Assembly (NCBI RefSeq): GCF_006345805.1
Contig: NC_043006.1
Span: 27,218,001 to 27,282,000, forward strand
Length of the DNA stretch: 64,000 nucleotides
Reading direction: 5' to 3'
Source: Octopus sinensis
Lineage: Eukaryota
A program made the translations under genes and the position numbers. Below, piece after piece: positions 1 through 13,282 of this stretch (position 1 is its first letter; each line of letters opens with the position of its first letter). The notes beneath the pieces were generated by a model that worked only from the letters and a program-made list of their open reading frames with translations, had not been told where the DNA came from and ran no database searches.

Positions 1-2500
1 TCCGTGCCGGGCTGTTGGTCCTATTGAAAAGGAACCGGCTTTCAAAGAAAAGGTTGATTTTTTCTTATCCAAAAGGTAGGCTAGTCGTTTTGGACTTGAC
101 ATTCACTGGTGGTAAGACGATCAGGCTGGTTGCTATTTATGCACCCAACAATACTGGTAAAAAAAAGTGACCTAGAGAAGTTTCTAGTCACGTCACATTC
201 TTTAGTTTTGCTAGGAGAGTTTAACACAATCTGCGATGCACGCGTGGATTGTGTTGGCTCGACATCGAATAGAACAAGTAATCTTGGCTTCCGGAATCTG
301 CTAAGTAGTTTTCGGCTAGCAGATCCATATAAACTGGAACACCCTGAATTTCCATTGTGGACATGGTCAAGCAGCGATGTGTCGTCCAGCTCGTATATAG
401 ATAGGATTCTAATTAGAAAAATAGACAAAAGTATAGTTAAGTGTCCACAGTTTTATCCAGTCAGCTACAGTGACCATAAGATGGTCACTGTACACTGAAC
501 TTAGATAAGGTACATAGAAAGGGATCTGACTTCTGGAAACTCAATACGTCCCTTTTGGCGATTGTGGAGTACAGAAAGCGGATTAAGATGATAATTCGAA
601 GGGCATTAACAGGTGCCATCATTAATAACAAATGGTGGTACGCCCTAAAATGAGCCATAAATATGAGTCTATTAGATATAGCATAGGTCTAGTAGATAAA
701 GAATGTAAGAAAGAAAAGAGTCTAGTTAAGAACTTAGAGGAAGTCATGAGGATTGGCAATGCGGACCAGGTGAGAGTGAAGAGACTGGAATTAAACCAGC
801 ACCTCGAAACCCAACACGTGGGATGCATTGTCAGAACTAGACTACGTGCAATGGGTTGCGAAGGAATGAAGGCTGCTGGATGGGCCCGAGTGGTGGAGGC
901 TCAACGTTGAAATGATTCCTCAATTCGATCTTTGGTAAATCATTAAAGTGTATTGATAAACGAACCCGAGGAAATGTGCGAGGCCTTTCAGGAGCACTTC
1001 GCCCAGCTTTTCGGGGGGAGCGATGGACCGGATGGTAGGAGGGACTTTGCGGACTTCCTTGCCAGGCTGCCCCGCCTCTCCGAACGGGATGCGGAGTCTT
1101 GTGAGGGGCCAATCACGCCTGGAGAGGTGATTGAGGCTATAGCGGACTGTGGTGTAGGTAAGTCACCGGGTCTGGATGGTCTACCCTACAAGCTATATGA
1201 GTGTATGCCAGACTTGTTCGGGCACCTCCTGGCCAGTGTGTACACGAACTGGCAACAGAATGGGTTGATTCCCAGATCTGTACACCGGGGACTAGTGACA
1301 TTGAACAGAAAGGACCCGGACAAAGGAGATCACATAGATAATTTCCGGTTCATCACTCTACTAAACACAGAAGTGAAGATTTTGGCCAAGGTGATAGCAA
1401 AAAGATTGGTGCGTGTCACGGATGGTCTGATCGGGGAGGTACAGACATATGCCATTCCCGGCAGAACCATGCAGGATAAACTCCATATTCTCCGCTACAC
1501 CATAGAGGGGTTTGGGAGCAAAACTGATAAAGATCGGATATTGGTACATTTATACCAATCTAAAGCTTTCGATGGGGTACCTGGTGTCTGTTCTTGCACA
1601 GTTCGGCTTGGGTCTTGGCTTCCTTAGGTGGATAATACAATTGTATGATAACTTTGATTCGATCGTTCGAGTGAACGTTTTTTTTACCAAAGCCGTTCTG
1701 TATCAAACGCTCATTTCACCAAGGTTGTCCGCTCTCACCGCTTTTGTATGTGATGGCCCTTGAGCCGTTACTGCGAAAGTTGAGTAGCATCCCGAGAGAA
1801 CCAGGATGTGGAGAGTCGGTTTCAGCTTATGCGGATGACATCACCATCAGCGTGACCAAAACTGAACACCTACAGGAGATAAGCAAAGCCATGGAGGTTT
1901 ACGAGACTGTGGAAGGAGCAAAAATTAACCGGGAAAATTCTGTCGGCTTGTAACTCGGCACCTGAAGGGGCAAGTCGATGCCTTCAAACGGCGTCGTAGG
2001 ACTTGGACGGAGGGACCGGTTAAGTTGCTAGGGGTTTGGTTTGGTCCAGATCTCCAGGTAGAGAAGAACTGGGCTGAGGTGTCAAGCAGGGTAGCGCACA
2101 TACTCAAGACCTGGTCTTGGCGGTGGCTATCTCTGAAAGGGAGGGCGGAGATGTCTAATGTGTTTATCGCATCGGTTATTACCTACCGCCTAACCGTCGT
2201 TCCTTGCTCGGATTCGTGGTTGATCAAGTTGAAAAGACGGCCCTTTCGCTTTTTGTGGAAGGGCTCGAAGCCACTTGTAAGACGCTCTACTTGCTGCCAA
2301 AGACCGTTAAAGGGAGGACTAGGTATGCCTTGGCTAATGATGCGCAAATACGCGCTGAAGTTGAGGCATCTCTGGAATCTTCTGGATGGTGAACGGGTGT
2401 GGTCTCCGCTGGGGAAACGGATGTTTCCCTCGTTCGCTAGTTTCGGTGGACGGGAAGCCTGGTGCTTTCGTAGATCAAGGTTGAGTGAGTGGCATACGGG
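1..2500 (+). mobile_element. L1/Tx1-clade LINE ORF2 remnant (APE endonuclease + reverse transcriptase), multiple frameshifts and stops
   Basis: Consecutive ORF pieces carry APE motifs (LLGEFN, IDRIL, SDHK) and RT motifs (GKSPGLDGLP, RFITLLNTEVKILAK, SAYADDIT, LGVWF, LSLKGR, GGLGMP). Runs off the left edge and is cut at ~2500 by a MITE fragment. Confidence 0.92.
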
Positions 2501-2683
2501 TCTCGGATTTATTTTTAAACACTTTGAAACTTTGGATAACTTCGAAAATAGAAACTTTTCTCAACAACACTAAGAGTAAAAGATGTTCTATATGACACAT
2601 TCTACCAGTATCCGAAGTTTCAAAGTGTTTAGTTAAAGAAAATTAATTAATCAAGTTGTCCATCAAAAGGACAAGATCCGAGA
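2501..2683. mobile_element. MITE fragment of the same family as 28517-28994
   Basis: Shares gacacattctaccagt...aaagtgtttagttaa...aaaagg.aagatccg with 28908-28994. Short terminal inversion tctcggat/atccgaga. Confidence 0.65.
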
Positions 2684-2939
2684 TTCATAACATTTATTTT
2701 ATTTTAATTGCATAAGTCTCTTGCTACTCAGAGTTTCATCTGTCTTTTGGGAGTTACAACATCATGCAGTTCTTAACTTGCCTGAAAACTCTGTGTTCCC
2801 ACAGGCGAAACTCGGAATAGCAAGAGGTTGACTCAACCAAACACACACAAATCAATTAATATATATATATATATGTACGTATGCTTGAATGAATGACAAG
2901 TAATAATCGCAACATCCTAATATAAGACACGCAGACATT

Positions 2940-3167
2940 TCATATCGAATCTGCGGCTAAAGACATAAAATCATTTTCAGTGCTTCAGTGTGACAAGATA
3001 CGAATTTATGGCTACAAGTGTTAGCGGCTACTTGAATATTGATATTGTAGAATGAAACTGAAAGCACACCTGGAGACAAAATTAAGAATGAGATCGTTTC
3101 TTTTGTAGTTTGGTGAAAAGGTAGAACACATCGAATGACTGTCTACACATGAAAACGGTAAGCTGAC
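2940..3167 (+). promoter_or_regulatory. ZF-gene promoter/non-coding first exon module A, splice donor at 3158
   Basis: Paired GAAnYTRYGGCTA motifs (2947, 3002) and AACG|GTAAGCTGAC. Homologous to 29390-29606 and 61160-61374. Confidence 0.6.
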
Positions 3168-3748
3168 AAAGATTTAGACGTTTCTTCATTGTTAACCTAC
3201 GTTGCATGTAATTTCTGCATTGACCCTTGATTATCATTTCAAATTAATTATAATTCTCGAAAATTCATTTGAAAATTATAAACAAAGACACTATTACAAA
3301 GTTTTTGAAGGAAATCGTATTGTTATTTTCCAGTCGATTGTATCATTCATGTGGTCATGAAACGAGTAAATTAAGGCAACATCATTCGGGTGGCAGTGTC
3401 AGTGATACATTTAAAAAGAAATGTCTGTCAATAAGAAAACATTCTTTGAAAACAGTAAATTGAAATAAGAAAGAAAAGAAAAAATTTGAGATATTGTATA
3501 TGTATTCGTACGAATTCATATTTTTTCATTCATTCTGTTTAAATTTCAAATGTAGAGTAATAACGAAAAGCGCCAAAACTTCAAGATTGAATTTTAGAAT
3601 CAAGTGAATGTTTGAGAATACAATAACTATACACAAGTGGAAAGCACATAATAACATTAGGAAATCTAATCCCATTGTTGTGTGTTTCCACTGGTACCTG
3701 GTAATTACGGTAATTATATTAAAAGCTCGTTCCAGTTAAATTCATCAA

Positions 3749-5666
3749 AGGTCCATCGCGAAAATTTTAGCTCTATAGATGTTACCAATCACATTTTATG
3801 GTCATTTAAATTTTAGGCACTTGCCTAAATTTTCGAAATATTGAATTTCTTTTATTTTTAGAGGCCCATCATTCCAAATAGGTTTGATACGATACTTTGA
3901 AAAGTATGTTTCTTTAATCCACACTATCTCAAGTCCCTCAGATTGACACTAAAGATCAATTCTTTTAACTCAGCCAATGTAGAAAAAAATACCAACTGAA
4001 AATTACAAAAATCCACGTCTTGGGGGCTATTTAAAAAAAAGAAATCTTAAGTTTAGGCAGCTATTACTTAACAACAGTTGGTGAGCATTCCATCTTCCCT
4101 AATCTTACAATAAGGTCTGAAATCTTATCAGAACATATGAATTCACTAACTGAAAAGCCTGTTTTTTTTTGTGCAATGGTGGGGATGGAGGATCAAGAAC
4201 AGAACAAAGTGAAAAATTTGGTGTTTTTTACAGTATTTTAACCAGAATAACTTCTTATCACTAAGTTGAAACTATATAAAATTATATATATTCAGAAAAT
4301 ACACCTGATGGTAAGTATAGAAATGTAAATCTACAGCATTTAAAACCAATCTAAATATCAATTTTCATCCCCTTAAAATAGCTCAAAATGGAAATTTCCA
4401 TTTTGTGGGATAGTTCAGAGTCACGGAAATCAATATGCAACAATTGGAAAAAGTTCCAAATGTGAAAATTCTTGGACATTGACCTCTTTATTGGCAAATG
4501 GAGTCTCATACTTTTATAATACCTTTGTAGATTCAGGTGGTCGAAAAGAAGAAAAATTCTACTAGTCCTACATTGATAGCTGATGGGACAATCAAAAGTT
4601 TTCTTGGGCTGTATTTTGCCTCCACATCTGAAGAAAAATTAATAAAACCAGTAAAAATGTCTGAAATAACATGAAACTGTGGAAAACAAAATGAATCAAA
4701 AGCTATTTGGTAGCTTAATACATATCACATCAAACTTTGTATATCATCACATGAAAAATGATAACAACTGCTAGTGCTTCCAAAAGATGGGGGATCCACA
4801 TTTACAATTATGTCCAGTGTTGAAATCCAACAGATATCATTTCTTGGCCAGAAAAACTGACTGACTTTGGGATGAAGGAACTTTACATTAACATCAGAGT
4901 GTTCAACTAAAACATAATTTGTCACTCCAAAGTACCAATCAATATCATACTGAAACACATAGTATGACCCTGGTGGATATTTTCAATTGAAATAGAATTT
5001 GCATTATCTTGCAGTAGCAATCTTGATGAATGATTTCCAGATACAAGGCTCATGGATATGTCATCTGCTTCGCCAGTCCTCAGTCATATAATCCAACCCA
5101 TGCTAGCATGGACAGCAGATGTTAAAACGATGATGATGATGAAATTAATGTGTAACTGCCAGATTCTATTTATGTTCAGAACTACAGAAAATGCAATGTC
5201 TTTACTTATATCAAGGCAATGGCTACTAACTTTTCTTCATTAAACTGCAACACATTGGTATTCTTCCAAATGAGCATTCATTTAAATAAAGTCAGTGTGT
5301 TGATCTCTTGGTTGGAAAAGTGAACGGTTGAAAAAGTTTCAAAAGGTACTTTGCACACTAAGAACTTATGAGATGAGATACTAGATATTAGGCTAGCAAA
5401 TCGCTTTTGATTCATTTTGTTTTTCACTGATTCATATTATTTCTGACATTTTACTAGTTTTATTAAATTTTCTTCAAGCTTGGGGGCAAAATACAGTCTA
5501 AGAAAACTTTTATGATTGTCCCATATACTGTCTACTTGAGACCAGTAGAATTTTTCTTCTTTTCAACCCCCTGATTATAAAAGTATGAGGCTCCAATGTT
5601 CAAGGATTTCCATGTTTGAAAGTTTTTCTAATTGTTGCACATTGATTTCTGCAGCTCTGAACTACC
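3749..5666 (-). mobile_element. Degraded DNA transposon with long inverted arms and a transposase C-terminal fragment (superfamily uncertain)
   Basis: ~4409-4715 and ~5392-5666 are diverged inverted copies. The enclosed minus ORF 4725-4958 (YDIDWYFG..VNVKFLHP..FFWP..DICWI) resembles DNA-transposase C-termini. Confidence 0.55.
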
Positions 5667-6181
5667 TATAAAAATGATCTGTCACAAAATACACAACTTC
5701 ATGGAAAAGAACCTGCTTTTAAACAGGCTCAGTCAGGGAGGACCTAAACTTTAGCAATAACAGGCCACAGCAGGCACCTGTAAGTGATTACATGTTCTAC
5801 TAGAAATTGTGGCTATATTTACCTAAATTTGAATCTTTCAGTTTTGAAATTTGAGGACTATATTGGGTAATGTAGTCCTGGATATACAATGCAGCAATGA
5901 AGGTGAGAAAGTTAAAGCTGAAATGCCTTACATCATAGTCTGGTGATAGAATGTTAATCAATATTTTAACACATAATCTGAAGGTGTAACTGTAGTCTGC
6001 AAATATGTAGACTTCACATAAGATTGTATGATGTAATTTTAATAACATATTAAAAGGTAAAGTTCATTTGCTTGAGTAATGTTTAATATCTACAGTTGAT
6101 CAATATTGAAATATATTAAAATTTCTGCTCTTGGTCCTCTAAGTATTCTTTATATTTTATACTGTTTCTTTATTATTTCAG

Positions 6182-6588
6182 AATATCAGATGACATTGGC
6201 ATAAAAGAATATTTTACTTCAGATATATTATCAATATTTATTATCTTTGAAAGATTTGATAGAGAACAGATATAACCTTATTAATATAAATCTGCAGTAG
6301 AATCACCGTGAAATTTTTCTTCTGAGTGAGATTATCAGTGATATTTCTCCTCCTCATTAACTGGAATATATACAAGATGATTTTGCATTCTAATTAACCT
6401 CAGACAAATTTGCAAAGAAGTTTAACCTGCTTTAAATATCAATAATGGTCACAGTTAATGGAAATATAGCAGTATAGGAATATTTAAAAAAAAGAAAACA
6501 AGGAAAACATCCAAATATTGTGGTGCGAGAATAAAAATCATGGAAAAATTTATGTGAGAAACTTAAAGGATTGCTTTAATTGCAAGGT
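6182..6588 (+). other. 5' UTR portion of the ZF1 terminal exon (acceptor AG at 6180-6181)
   Basis: Pyrimidine tract plus tttcag|aatatca. Homologous to the acceptors and UTRs at 18165, 32964 and 49184. Confidence 0.6.
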
Positions 6589-7701
6589 ATGCCAAAAGCA
6601 ATAAGCAAATCAGCATACACCTGTGGTATCTGTAAAAAGACATTCTCTAAAAAAGGTCAACTTACTATTCACAAACGCATTCATACAGGAGAAAAACCTT
6701 ATCACTGTGATATTTGTGGTGTATCATTCTCTGAAAATAGTCACTTAACTACTCACAAACATGTTCATACAGGCGAAAAACCATATCATTGTGATATCTG
6801 TGGTAAATCATTCTCTCAAAGCAGTAACCTTACTATTCACAAACGTATTCATACAGGAGAAAAGCCATTTCACTGTAATATCTGTGGTAAAACATTTACT
6901 CAAACAAACCAATTAATTGCTCACAAACGCATTCACACAGGTGAGAAGCCATATCACTGTGATATCTGTGGTAAATCGTTCTCTGTAAATGATCACTTAA
7001 TTAAACATGTACGTGTTCATACAGGCGAGAAGCCATATCATTGCAATATCTGTGGTAAGTCATTCTCTGGAAGTGGTGACTTAACTAAACACGTACACAG
7101 TCATACAGGAGCAAAACCATTTCACTGTGATATTTGTGGTAAATCATTCTCTGGAAGTAGTGTCTTAACTATACACAAGCACATTCATACAGGAGAGAAA
7201 CCATATAGCTGTGATATCTGTGGCAAATCATTCTCTCAGAATCATCATTTAACTAATCACAAACGTATTCATACAGGAGAGAAGCCCTATAACTGTGATA
7301 TCTGTGGTAAAGCATTCTCTCGAAATCATCACTTAACTACTCACAAACGTATTCATACTGGAGAGAAACCATATCACTGTAATATCTGTGGTAAATCCTT
7401 CTCTGAAAATGGTGTGTTAACTAAACACAAACGTATTCACACAGGAGAGAAGCCCTTCCATTGCGATATCTGTGGTAAATCATTCTCTGAAAATGGTGTA
7501 TTGACCAAGCACAAACGTATTCATACAGGAGAGAAGCCATATCGCTGTGATATCTGTGATAAATCATTCTCTGAAAATGGCCACTTAACTACTCATAGGC
7601 GTATTCATACAGGAGAGAAACCATATCATTGTAATGTCTGTGATAAATCATTCTGTCAAAATAGTCACTTATCTACACATGTCTGTATTAATAAAAATTA
7701 G
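6589..7701 (+). CDS. Tandem C2H2 zinc-finger protein ZF1 (13 fingers, no effector domain seen)
   Basis: 13 CxxC-x12-HxxxH repeats with TGEKP linkers. First in-frame ATG is 6589 (the ORF track starts at TTG 6580). Confidence 0.9.
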   Translation: MPKAISKSAYTCGICKKTFSKKGQLTIHKRIHTGEKPYHCDICGVSFSENSHLTTHKHVHTGEKPYHCDICGKSFSQSSNLTIHKRIHTGEKPFHCNICGKTFTQTNQLIAHKRIHTGEKPYHCDICGKSFSVNDHLIKHVRVHTGEKPYHCNICGKSFSGSGDLTKHVHSHTGAKPFHCDICGKSFSGSSVLTIHKHIHTGEKPYSCDICGKSFSQNHHLTNHKRIHTGEKPYNCDICGKAFSRNHHLTTHKRIHTGEKPYHCNICGKSFSENGVLTKHKRIHTGEKPFHCDICGKSFSENGVLTKHKRIHTGEKPYRCDICDKSFSENGHLTTHRRIHTGEKPYHCNVCDKSFCQNSHLSTHVCINKN

Positions 7702-7745
7702 TAAATATCAATGTCAAAATTCAATTCATGAAAGAAATCTGATTA

Positions 7746-8070
7746 TCCTCATCATCACTGTTTGACTTCTGCCTTCTGTGCTGGCATGGACTGGATGGAC
7801 ACCGCTCACCTAGATGGATTGGAGAATTGCATTTTGCTTGTATGATTCATTTTTGGCTAGATTTCTATGGGTAGATGCTCTTCTTAATACCAACCATATT
7901 ATAAAATGTTCTTGATGCTTTTTTTGAGGCTCCAATATGATAGAGGTTATCAATTTCTGGACAACTCTAAAGGTTTCTCGGCCCCATGTCTCATTCACCA
8001 ACTACTTTACAGAATACTCTGGGTGGATTTATAGTGTCAGCAATATAGCATGGTTACCACCTGCCTTGAA
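7746..8070 (-). mobile_element. Degraded RTE 3'-tail copy, antisense, just after the ZF1 stop
   Basis: (cat)n then gctggcatggactggatgg and tttctatgggtagatgctcttcttaataccaacca, the reverse of the 14420-14575 tail. Confidence 0.55.
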
Positions 8071-10669
8071 GATATGAGAGTACTTATCCCCCTAAAATGT
8101 ATTCTTTCATTCAGAATGATGAGGTGGTGTATGTGTGTGCAAAAGTGTGATAGTAGAAATGGAGTGAATGAAAGACAGTTAGAAGGGGTTTGAGTGATGA
8201 CCAATAATACAAGTGAATGATGGATGTCTATATCAGATGGTCCAAGAGTAGATGAAGTATAGGAAGGGTAATGACAGATAGGTTTTAAGATGAATAAGGC
8301 AGCTAGGGTGATTAGGATGAAAGCTAGATAGAGTGTTGGAGAGATGTGAAGGCCACATTACACTAGGAGAAGGTTGTAGTGAAGAGCAAAGATCTATCCC
8401 TCACTGACAGCTAGGTACAGTGAGTGTGAAAAGATGAGAGCAATAGAGGTAAGAAGCTAAGACATGTTAGAGACAGAAGTGATAGGCATAAGTAGAAGCA
8501 TTAATGAGAGAGATGAATGATTAGTGAGAAGAGTACCCTGTATTCTGTAATATGTACATCCATTCAGGGTTACATAACCAAGAGAGTAGAGCAATGATTA
8601 GAAAGCAGTATGACACAGGAGATAGATTGATGACCATGGAAGAGCCAGGATGAGTGAATGAGTATGAGAAAGATTATGATGGTAGAGAGAATAAATGACT
8701 GGCTGTAAAGGAAATAGCAGTGAAGGTAGTTACTGAATACAATAGTTTCAGTGTTGTCTTTTATACATAGACCTTAAGATGAGTAAGAGAAGTCCCATAT
8801 CAAAGAATAACATGAATGATAACCAGAAATGTATTCACACAAGAAAGAAAATAAATGTGTGATAACAAAATCCCAACATATTACATTGGTAAGATAATTT
8901 ATCACTATAATATGTTTAGTAAAGTAATTATTTCAAAATACTAATGTATACATTCTTTCTAACATATTTCCAGAAAGAGGAAAAGTAGTTCGATGTGGGT
9001 GAATAGTTGGGAAATGCATTCTCCAAATCAGGGATAACATCACTGTTTAGTTGTATAACAAATAAATACACAAATGATAAAATTGAAATATTTCATCATA
9101 CTTTAATGGGATAGTCATATGATATCTTAAGTATATTCTGCTGTTAAATTTATGTTTATTCCATCAAAGGATGATTCTGTTGTTGGTTACATTGGTATAT
9201 AATTTTACAATTTACTTATGACATGATGATTAAGCTGAATGTTAATTTGAAAGTATCAATGCACCCTTTAATATAATATAGATGCAAAATAGGGGTAGGG
9301 GTAATAATTTGTCAGTTATCATCATTATTAATGTGTTTGTCCATTTTATTTGCTGGTATGAATTAGACATATTTGTAATAAAAGATATCACCACCATTCT
9401 TGCAATCTTTTCTTATCTAAACTGAAATTTAAATAAAACTAATTCATTTTTTAATTATTCTCCTGTCATTTTACATGTCAAAGCTCTGGCAACAACTTGT
9501 GCTGACACAACCATAAACTATAGAATTCACAAATTTAGTCAATATTTGATTAAAGTTGCACAGTTCCTTAAATTGATCTTCATTAAATGTTTACTTTGTA
9601 GTGATACAATTTACTGACATTATTTAATACTGAATACTAGATGTTAGAGATTATCATGCAGTGAATGAAGGAAAAACATAACTTGGTACATAAAATGATA
9701 ATGATGTTGGTTATCTAAAGAATATGTGATCAGCCATTTGGCTGGCGGGAGACTGGGGAGAGGAGAGTCTAAAGAAAATATATTTCCCAGTTACCAATAC
9801 TGTTAAAATTCAACAAAATATAAAAACTAACATGTGATACATTGTTATTCATGATGTCTATTTCAATAAGGTATTGCAGTTATTATAAAAGATATAACTG
9901 AATTTTTGCAGTTCTTGTCTGGTTTTAGGTGGAATACTGATATCATAATAAAAGATGAATTTCATATAAAGAGATATAATGCAGTGAAAAACTGCTTAAA
10001 ATTCCTAATTTTTGGGTGAAACATACTTTAGAGTTGGGATGATGTGTGAATCATATAAAAATATCAAGACATTTTTATAATCATTTTATTACCATATTTC
10101 TGTTGAAATACATTATCTTTCAATTATTTTTCAAATTGTGAAGAATTTAGATAACTAAGTTATTATTATGCTAGTGTTTAGAACATAAATTGACATTAAA
10201 TTCTGATAGAAAATATTAACTTAGATCACTTAAAAACAGAAAGTTTGTGTCCCAGAACAAAGGGATAGCCTTGGGTAGATTGATTTTTAAAATGTTAAAG
10301 TTCCTTATTTAGAGCAGTGGAGTTGGTGGAAACAGTGTTAAACCAACTTTGATATTCTACCTTATAGAGTTCTAGAAATCATTGATATGAGTTTAATTTA
10401 TACTAGGCTAACTGTATTTTTCATTAATGTGAAGTAATAGTAAAAAGAAAAATACCAGTAGTATACTGTAACAAGTTCATTCCAACAACACGTAGCTGCA
10501 GAACATAGTCATTGTGTCTAAACCGACAGTTTCGTTATATAAAGTCAGTTCAGCTGTGTTTTCATTGTAGAAAAATGGATATGATCAGAAATATTTGTAA
10601 AATGAAGGAGTTACGTGTGTTTATTACAACATATTACTGGTATTATATTAACCCTAGTTAAAATAGTAG

Positions 10670-10835
10670 ATTTACGGAGATGTACTTGCATAGCAAGTGA
10701 TTTGATCAGAGATTGTGTGCTGGAACGAAAACAATTGCAGTGTGGAGGGTGTTTGTAAGCCATTTAAGTTTAATTTGTCAAAATATTTTCATCGCTATAA
10801 GACTGCGACCTATTCACTGACAAAAATCCGTGCTG
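10670..10835 (-). mobile_element. Short repeat carrying a variant minimal hammerhead motif (Penelope-type end)
   Basis: Minus strand 10777-10821: gtca GTGAATA g gtcgc-loop-gcgat GAAA atattt tgac. Body also present at 52070-52190. Confidence 0.5.
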
Positions 10836-11535
10836 TTTAAAATAGTAGAATTTGACAGAAATCAAGATGAAGTCCAAAACTAAGTATAAGAATCAATTAA
10901 ATCCAGAACTCTGGTCTCTATATCAATTTACCTTGCTCTAAAGTAGTGGCATCAATTGATAAATAGTCGTTTCTAAAATAGTAAATTCTAAAATGTGAGG
11001 CCACAAGTAGTGATGAATGACTCCTAAAAGTAAATATAAAAACTTGCATGTTTGGATAATAGTCTTAGTGATACATCATTGGATGTTATATTACATATAA
11101 TAAAACACAAGGTGTGTCCTGTTGGTCATGTTAGCAAAAGCAGAGTAAAACAACTCTGTGGAAATGTATACATTCAGTGTTCCTAGTCAATTTAATCACT
11201 GTTACTGGTGGACAGTGGAAATAAACAAATAGACAAAATCCTTTCATTTTTTTAAAAAAGCATGGAAAACCCCACATACAAAAAACTATGTCCATTTACA
11301 TCCATTTATGTGGAAGCTCTGGGGAAAATGTCATAGTGCAATACCGTCCTTGAGACAGAAGTAATGTATGTATGAAGTTTGTTGAAAATTGTGGAAATGT
11401 ATGCGTTAGTCATTATACACACTGTGATTTATATATACTTGATATAAACGTATATATATGTATATGAACTTTGTGTTGGCCTAAATATATATATATATCT
11501 ATGTATATAGATATAAATGCATCTATCAGTATATA

Positions 11536-11900
11536 GGCACAGGCATGGCTGTGGTAAGAAGTTTGCTTCCCAACCAAATGGGTCTGGCACCTTGGGCAAC
11601 TGTCTTTTACTATGTCTTCTCAGGCTGATTAAAACCTTGTGAGTGGATTTAGTAGAGGGAAACTGAAAGAAACCTTTCATGTATGTATATATATGTGTGT
11701 GTGTGTGTTTGTCTCCCCATGACTGTTTGACAAGCGGTCTTGATGCGTTTATGTCCTCATATCTAGAGGTTCAGTAAAAGAGCCTGATCGAATATGTACT
11801 GATCTTAAGAAATAAGTCCTGGAGTCAATTTCTTTGAGTAAAACCATTCAAAGTGGTGCTCCAGCATGGCTGCAGTTAAATGAGTGAAACAAGTAAAAGG
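11536..11900 (+). mobile_element. tRNA-derived SINE with internal (TA/TG)n
   Basis: Head ggcacaggcatggctgtggtaagaag, core ccttgtgagtggattt.gtaga.ggaaactgaaagaa, tail tgactgaaacaagtaaaag-like. Several copies in the window. Confidence 0.8.
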
Positions 11901-11911
11901 ATATATATATA

Positions 11912-12749
11912 CAAGAGGGTACCCAAAAATAACTGGAAATGTTCTCTGTGGGCCAAACCCATTGTTCAGGCTTCCACCACTAGAAGCCACTTGATGCGAC
12001 CCTCTGGTACCAGTCTGTTGACTGGTGGTGGTGGCTGAGTTGTGCTGCCATGTGTATCTTTGTTTTGCAGTGCTTCTCCCCTGTTTGTTGATTTTTGCGA
12101 TGGCTGAAACAAAGGAACAGCATGCTTCTGTGAAATTGTATTTTCTGCTGGGGAAAATAGCTGCCAAAACAGTTGTTATGCTTCAAACATGCTTCTGCCA
12201 TGAGCAGAACACAAGCTTACAAGTGGTTTCCATACTTTAGGAATGGTCATTTGTCACTTGAAGTCAACCTTCTGAATGAATGAAAACATGAAATTTCATG
12301 AACTGATCTTGGAGGGCCATCATCAAACAATTGACAATCTTGTTATGACTGGTGTGTCCTGAAGCTTCTATCAATGAATTTTGAGTGAAGAATTGCAAAT
12401 GAAAAGAGTTACAGCAAAATTTGTGCTTTGCTTGCTCACAGATGATCGGAAGCAGTTATGACTGAATGCTCGTTGTGAACTGAAAGAACAGTTGGAAGTT
12501 GATCTGGACCTTTTTTTCGAACTGGTGCTATGGAATTTGCAGATGTGGAAGAGGTGAAGAAAAAACAACAGAGGCGTTAAATGGCATCACTTCGCAAGAG
12601 TTCTAGCACTGCTCAAATAGTGGAAAACACAGCTGGACTGATGCATTGCTTCAAATGGAGAATACTTTGAAGATATTAAAAGTATAAACATGTAAATCTA
12701 AGTGAATAAAATTTTTCAAAATTCTGGTTTCTTTTGGATACCCACCTTG
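11912..12749 (+). mobile_element. Internally deleted mariner element
   Basis: TIRs caagagggtacccaaaaa / ttttggatacccaccttg, TA on both sides. Remnant EQHASVKLYFLLGKIAAKTVVML. Confidence 0.8.
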
Positions 12750-12756
12750 TATATAT

Positions 12757-13140
12757 TCTTTTACTTGATTCAATCATTTGACTGGAGCACCACCATAAAG
12801 GGTTTTTAGTTGAAGAAATCGATGCCAGGACTTATTCTTTGTAAGCCTAGTACTTATTCTATCGGTCTCTTTTGCCGAATAGTGAAGCTATGGGAATGTA
12901 AACACTTCACATCAGCTGTCAAGTAATAGTGGGGGACAGATACAAAGACACACACATAAATATGTACATGTATATAGTGACAGGCTTCTTTCAGTTTCCA
13001 TCTACCAAATCCACTCACAAGGCTTTGGTCAACCTGAGGATATAGTAGAAGACACTTTCCCAAAGTGGCATGCAGTGGGACTGAACCCAGAACCATGTGG
13101 TTAAAAAGCAAGCTTCTTCCCACATAGCTATGCCTGTACC
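12757..13140 (-). mobile_element. tRNA-derived SINE, same family as 11536-11900
   Basis: Reverse-complement match along its length, with B-box-like ggttcagtcc. Confidence 0.8.
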
Positions 13141-13282
13141 TGCCTGCCTGTCTACCTACCTACCTACCTACCTACCTATTATCTTCTCTATGTTGTAGGA
13201 CCAACCAAAGTCTTGAGTAGATTTGGTAGGTGGAAACTGAAAGAAGACCTATATATGTATATCGAAATATATATATATATAT

